Origin: an uncultured bacterium | GTDB taxonomy: Bacteria > Actinomycetota > Acidimicrobiia > Spongiisociales > UBA5794 | Reading direction: 5' to 3' | Assembly: GCA_963801165.1 (NCBI GenBank) | Contig: CAWDDT010000010.1 | Span: forward strand, 233,045-297,044 | DNA: 64,000 bases | In this document: one piece after another, positions 60,081-64,000 of the stretch | How positions within the stretch are numbered: the first letter of the stretch is position 1 | How the letters are laid out: each line of letters opens with the position of its first letter | Notes under the pieces: model-generated | What the model was told of the DNA's origin: nothing | Seen by the model: the letters and a program-made list of their open reading frames with translations, nothing else | Databases searched by the model: none | Made by a program: the position numbers and the translations under genes

Positions 60081-60271
60081 TGGGCCGGAGTGTCACCGTT
60101 GCTACAAAGGTGGGCTACACCTGGGTGTTGAATCTTGTCCTCGGGGCGGAGGAGGAGTTGGCGGATGGCCGGTTCTAGCCAGGTTCGGTATTGGGCGGTC
60201 GTCCATCGGCATCTGTCAGTGAGGTCGAGGTGGACAGCCACCGACGAGATAACCGAACTAGTGTTCTCCAG

Positions 60272-61834
60272 GTGAGGGAGACCATACCGGAGACCACCGA
60301 GCAGGTACGGGCCGCCGAGGTGATTGCTTCGTTGTGTCTGGCTACCGATCTCGGGATGGGGATCCCTTTCGAGCATGGGCTCCACGCCACGTTGGTCACG
60401 ATGCGGCTCTGCAAGGCCCTCAATGCCGACCAGGAGACGCTGTCGCGCACCTATTACGCCTGCCTCCTCATGTATGTGGGCTGCACCGTCGACGGGGACG
60501 TGCGATCGGAGATCTTCGGGGGCAGCCTGACCGAGCACCACACGCACCGTCAGTTCGGCTCCCGGGTCGAGAGTCTCTCCGGGGTGGCCGGAGCTTTGCC
60601 ATCCCCCGATGCGAGCATCCCCCACCGAGCGTGGCAGGTAGTCACCAGGCTCCCTCGGGCAGCCCGGTTCATGAGCGGGCATTTCGCCCCGTTGTGCGAG
60701 GTCGCGGGAATGCTCGCCGAGCGTCTCGGGATGCCGAAGTCGATTCACGAGATGTTCCCGGTGCTCACCGAGCGGTGGGACGGCAAGAGCGTCCTCAAAC
60801 GCGCCAGTGGCGATGAGATCCCGCTGCCATTGCGCATCATCCACGTGGGCCGGGACGCCGCATACCAACGACTGATCGGTGACGACGCCTACGTGAAGGA
60901 GGTGATTCGATCCAGATCGGGAAAGGCCTTCGACCCAGATGTGGTGTCCATATTCCTGGAGAACGCCGACGAGGTGCTGGGGCCGACCGAACCCCCGACC
61001 ACCGCGTGGGAGGACGTCCTCGACGCCGAGCCCCGGCCGCCGATGATGCTGCATGGGCCAGCAATCGACCGGGCCTTGAGGGCGATGGGTGCGTTCTCAG
61101 ACCTGGTCTCCCCCTACCTCTCCGGGCACTCCTCGGGCGTAGCCGACCTGGCAGCGGCTGCGGCGGAGCTGCACGGGTTCGCCGACGACGAGGTGAAGAC
61201 GATTCGGCGCGCCGGTTTCGTGCACGACATTGGGAGGACGGCCATCTCATCGCGAGTCTGGAACAAGCCGGGATCTCTGACGGCCGACGAGCGCGAGCAA
61301 GCGAGGCTTCACCCATATCACACCGAGCGCGTGCTGTCCCGGTCACCGTTTCTAGCCGAGATCGGCTCAATCGCCATGGCCCACCATGAGCGTTTGGACG
61401 GGTCGGGTTACCACCGGGCTCTCGACGTCGCTTTCCTGTCGCCGGCCTCCCGGCTGCTGGCCGCGGCGGATGCCTTCCAGTCCAAGATCGAGCCACGGCC
61501 TTACCGGGAAGCACTATCGCCGGAGAAGGCGACCTCGACTCTGGCCGACAAAGCCAAACAGGGCGGATTCGACCCGGCAATGGTCACGGCAATCGCCGAG
61601 GCCGCTGGGCAGAAGCCACCCACGCTCGAGCGCCCATGCGGTTTGACCGAACGCGAGCTGGAAGTGCTTGGTCTGCTGGCCCGGGGCCACCAGACCAAGC
61701 AGATCGCCCGGCATCTCGAAATCTCCCCGAAGACAGTCGACCGTCACATCCAGAACAGCTATCGCAAGATCGGGGTGTCGTCGCGGGCGGCCGCCACCTT
61801 GTTCGCCGCCGAGAAGGGGTTGGTCTCCAGATAA
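60272..61834 (+). CDS. Tandem HD-GYP-like domain plus LuxR HTH regulator
   Basis: SLCLATDLGMG, ERWDG, HDIG, HHERLDGSGYHR, LTERELEVL...ISPKTVDRH. Confidence 0.9.
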   Translation: MRETIPETTEQVRAAEVIASLCLATDLGMGIPFEHGLHATLVTMRLCKALNADQETLSRTYYACLLMYVGCTVDGDVRSEIFGGSLTEHHTHRQFGSRVESLSGVAGALPSPDASIPHRAWQVVTRLPRAARFMSGHFAPLCEVAGMLAERLGMPKSIHEMFPVLTERWDGKSVLKRASGDEIPLPLRIIHVGRDAAYQRLIGDDAYVKEVIRSRSGKAFDPDVVSIFLENADEVLGPTEPPTTAWEDVLDAEPRPPMMLHGPAIDRALRAMGAFSDLVSPYLSGHSSGVADLAAAAAELHGFADDEVKTIRRAGFVHDIGRTAISSRVWNKPGSLTADEREQARLHPYHTERVLSRSPFLAEIGSIAMAHHERLDGSGYHRALDVAFLSPASRLLAAADAFQSKIEPRPYREALSPEKATSTLADKAKQGGFDPAMVTAIAEAAGQKPPTLERPCGLTERELEVLGLLARGHQTKQIARHLEISPKTVDRHIQNSYRKIGVSSRAAATLFAAEKGLVSR

Positions 61835-61837
61835 GCC

Positions 61838-61855
61838 ACTTCCCATATGGGGAGT
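61838..61855. promoter_or_regulatory. Palindrome, candidate LuxR operator
   Basis: ACTTCCCAT-ATGGGGAGT, one mismatch. Confidence 0.5.
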
Positions 61856-61924
61856 ATTCCGTATTCACAGTCCGGGGTTCTGTCCTTACCTTCGAGACAT
61901 GCGACGAGGCATGGAGGTAGTGAC

Positions 61925-63034
61925 ATGAGCAACGGAGCACCAGAGCGACTGAACACTTTGGTCATCGGGGGAGGTCAGGCCGGTTTGGCCGTGGGGTATC
62001 TACTAACCCAGGCGGGAGTGCCATTCCTCATCGTCGACGCCAACCAGAGGACTGGTGACGCCTGGAGAAACCGATGGGACTCCCTGCGCTTGTTCACCCC
62101 CAACCGATACAACTCGCTGCCGGGCATGACCATCTCTGGCGAGGATTGGGGCTTCCCCACCAAAGACGAGCTCGCCGACTACCTCGAGTCATACGCCGAG
62201 CACTTCGAGCTGCCCATCCGTCACGGCGTGAAGGTGGACCATCTCACCCACGACGGCAATCGTTTCCTGGCCACCTCCGGTGACATGTCTTTCGAATCCG
62301 ACAACGTGATCGTGGCCATGGCGTCATACCAGGTGCCGAAGAGACCTGGCTTCGCCAACCAACTCGACTCGAGGATCGTCCAACTCCATGTCGGGGAATA
62401 CAAGAACCCGGGCCAGCTTGAGGATGGTGATGTTCTCGTCGTTGGTCTGGGCAACTCGGGCGCCGAAATCGCCAAGGAGTTGGCCGAGGAGCGACGGGTT
62501 TGGCTCTCGGGCAAACCCAGCGCAGTCCAGCCTTTCCGACCGGAACGTCTCTCCGGGAGGATCCTCATGCCGTTCGTGGGGCCGGTGATCCTCAACCGCG
62601 TGCTCACCCGCGGCACGCCGATGGGCAGGAGGTTCCACGCCAAGATGCGCCACAAAGCGATGCCCCTGCTTCGTGTGAAGCCGAAGGACCTGGTCGCCGC
62701 CGGAGTGCAGCGAGTGGGTCGAACAACGGGTGTCGTCGACGGCTACCCCCAGCTGGAGGATGGGACAGTTCTCGAGGTGCCCAACGTGGTTTGGAGCACC
62801 GGCTTCGCTCCCGGCTTCTCTTGGATCGATCTCCCCGTGTTCGATGAGGCAGGTGACGTCATCCACAATCGGGGCGTCGTCGACCAGGTGCCTGGTCTCT
62901 TCTTCACGAGTTTGAAGTTCCTCTACTCTTTGCTGTCAGACACGTTGTTCACCATCCGCCGAGACGCTGGCTACGTAGTCGATCACCTCGTCGAGCGGCA
63001 GCGGGAGAAGGACCTTTCCGAGTTCGCGCCCTAA
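61925..63034 (+). CDS. Flavin-containing monooxygenase (CzcO/ArsO-like)
   Basis: GGGQAG, WRNRWDSLRLFTP, VGLGNSG, WSTGF; GGAGG SD. Confidence 0.9.
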   Translation: MSNGAPERLNTLVIGGGQAGLAVGYLLTQAGVPFLIVDANQRTGDAWRNRWDSLRLFTPNRYNSLPGMTISGEDWGFPTKDELADYLESYAEHFELPIRHGVKVDHLTHDGNRFLATSGDMSFESDNVIVAMASYQVPKRPGFANQLDSRIVQLHVGEYKNPGQLEDGDVLVVGLGNSGAEIAKELAEERRVWLSGKPSAVQPFRPERLSGRILMPFVGPVILNRVLTRGTPMGRRFHAKMRHKAMPLLRVKPKDLVAAGVQRVGRTTGVVDGYPQLEDGTVLEVPNVVWSTGFAPGFSWIDLPVFDEAGDVIHNRGVVDQVPGLFFTSLKFLYSLLSDTLFTIRRDAGYVVDHLVERQREKDLSEFAP

Positions 63035-63070
63035 GGCGACGGTGCAGGGCATGCGCTCCTCAAGCCACTG

Positions 63071-63172
63071 CTACTTCCAGATCATCTCGCCCTCGTCGTC
63101 GAGCTCGCCCGTCGAATAGAGCCCGAGCTTGGCGGCAACCGCATTTGATGCAATGTGATCAGGGTGCGGGTG
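63071..63172 (-). pseudogene. C-terminal remnant of a RimJ-type GNAT acetyltransferase
   Basis: HPDHIASNAVAAKLGLYSTGELDDEGEMIWK-stop with no matching 5' part. Confidence 0.5.
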
Positions 63173-63600
63173 GTCCGAAAGCCGGGCTATTCCCGTGCTC
63201 GCTGGCCGTCACACATCGACCCAAGACGATGTGTGACGGCGAACCAAGTGTCGGTGTTGGTAGCCGACAGCGTCGGCGGATTCTTCGAGGTCAGTGCGGT
63301 TGGGATGAGCTTCCGTGAACTGAATAGGCCGCACAGATCACGAAAAAGCGCGCGAAACCGCCCATACTTGGGACCGGCCGATGTCGGCACTGATGCGTGC
63401 GGGATTTCGAACACCGACGGTGTTGGGTCTCCTGCCGCTCGGTACGCTCGATCTGCCGGGTCTAGCACCGTTCTGTGTGGCCAATGGCTGTCTCATGCTC
63501 GCTCAATCTCCGTGGCGGCTCATGCGCATCTGCTGTGAGTGAGCGGCCCCTCTTGACGGACGCCTCACCAGCACCTAGTCGCCCTGCGTTCCATTCCCGC

Positions 63601-63750
63601 GTTTGTCGATCTCTTCGACCACTCGTTTCGTATCGGGACGATCTCGGAGTTTGTCGATCTCTTCGACCACTCGTTCCGTGTCGGGACGATCTCGGAGTTT
63701 GTCGATCTCTTCGACCACTCGTTTTGTATCCGGCCGGCCCCGCAGTTTGT
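63601..63750. repeat. Three tandem 48-bp repeats with internal palindrome
   Basis: GTTTGTCGATCTCTTCGACCACTCGTT at 63601, 63649 and 63697; partial GTTTGT at 63745. Confidence 0.9.
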
Positions 63751-64000
63751 GCCATTCGTTGGCAAGCCTTCGAAACATGTGACCACCTTTCTAGATAGGA
63801 AGGTGATCGGCGTAGGAGAGTTCCTTGCGCCCGGGTTCCTTCCTTGGATCCACAGACTCCGAGAGCCCGGATTCGGGACGTTGGGACGATTGCGTTGATT
63901 GTACGGGCTCGGGACGCGACGCGGCGACGGACGAGACCCTTCGGCGCTGATCGGGTGAGAGTTGTGCCCCCGGTTTAGTCGTTCGCCGAATCGACGTGGT

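Noticed and set aside
63187-63538. ORFs on both strands near the window end
   Set aside because: No recognisable motifs or translation signals
63601-63750. Possible mini CRISPR array
   Set aside because: The would-be spacers are only 21 bp and homologous to each other; no cas genes in the window

Overview
GC-rich bacterial chromosome segment, most likely an actinobacterium of Acidimicrobiia type (inferred from GAAC-N4-GTTC SOS boxes, PafBC-type promoters, many leaderless genes, a mycothiol-dependent enzyme family, and RNase Y plus RNase J). Bases 1-55,740 are mostly core or semi-core genes: aroQ fusion, lhr, yajQ, arfB, clpP, M16 peptidase-dapB, dapA-rnj, ftsK, kynU, rimO-cinA-thpR-recA-rny-miaB-miaA-dapF, lexA/LysM, nrdR, dut. 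A tRNA-Gly/Cys/Val cluster follows, then an accessory, partly decayed region with an IS256 element inside a Kelch-like gene, an ECF sigma factor, an HD-GYP/LuxR regulator with a flavin monooxygenase, gene remnants and palindromic tandem repeats. The most unusual items are: (1) a MoxR/CobS-like AAA+ ATPase whose Walker A and Walker B residues look reciprocally swapped (GKD and SE), paired with a HEXXH plus vWA CobT-like partner and no cob genes nearby; (2) a lone clpP sharing a two-operator divergent promoter with an SRPBCC-ArsR pair; (3) an AroQ-alpha/beta hydrolase fusion; (4) a full-length but catalytically degenerate PabB-PabC fusion; (5) three genes that appear to need CTG or ATC starts; (6) a structured leader upstream of rny. 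All calls come from reading motifs by eye; no searches were run.
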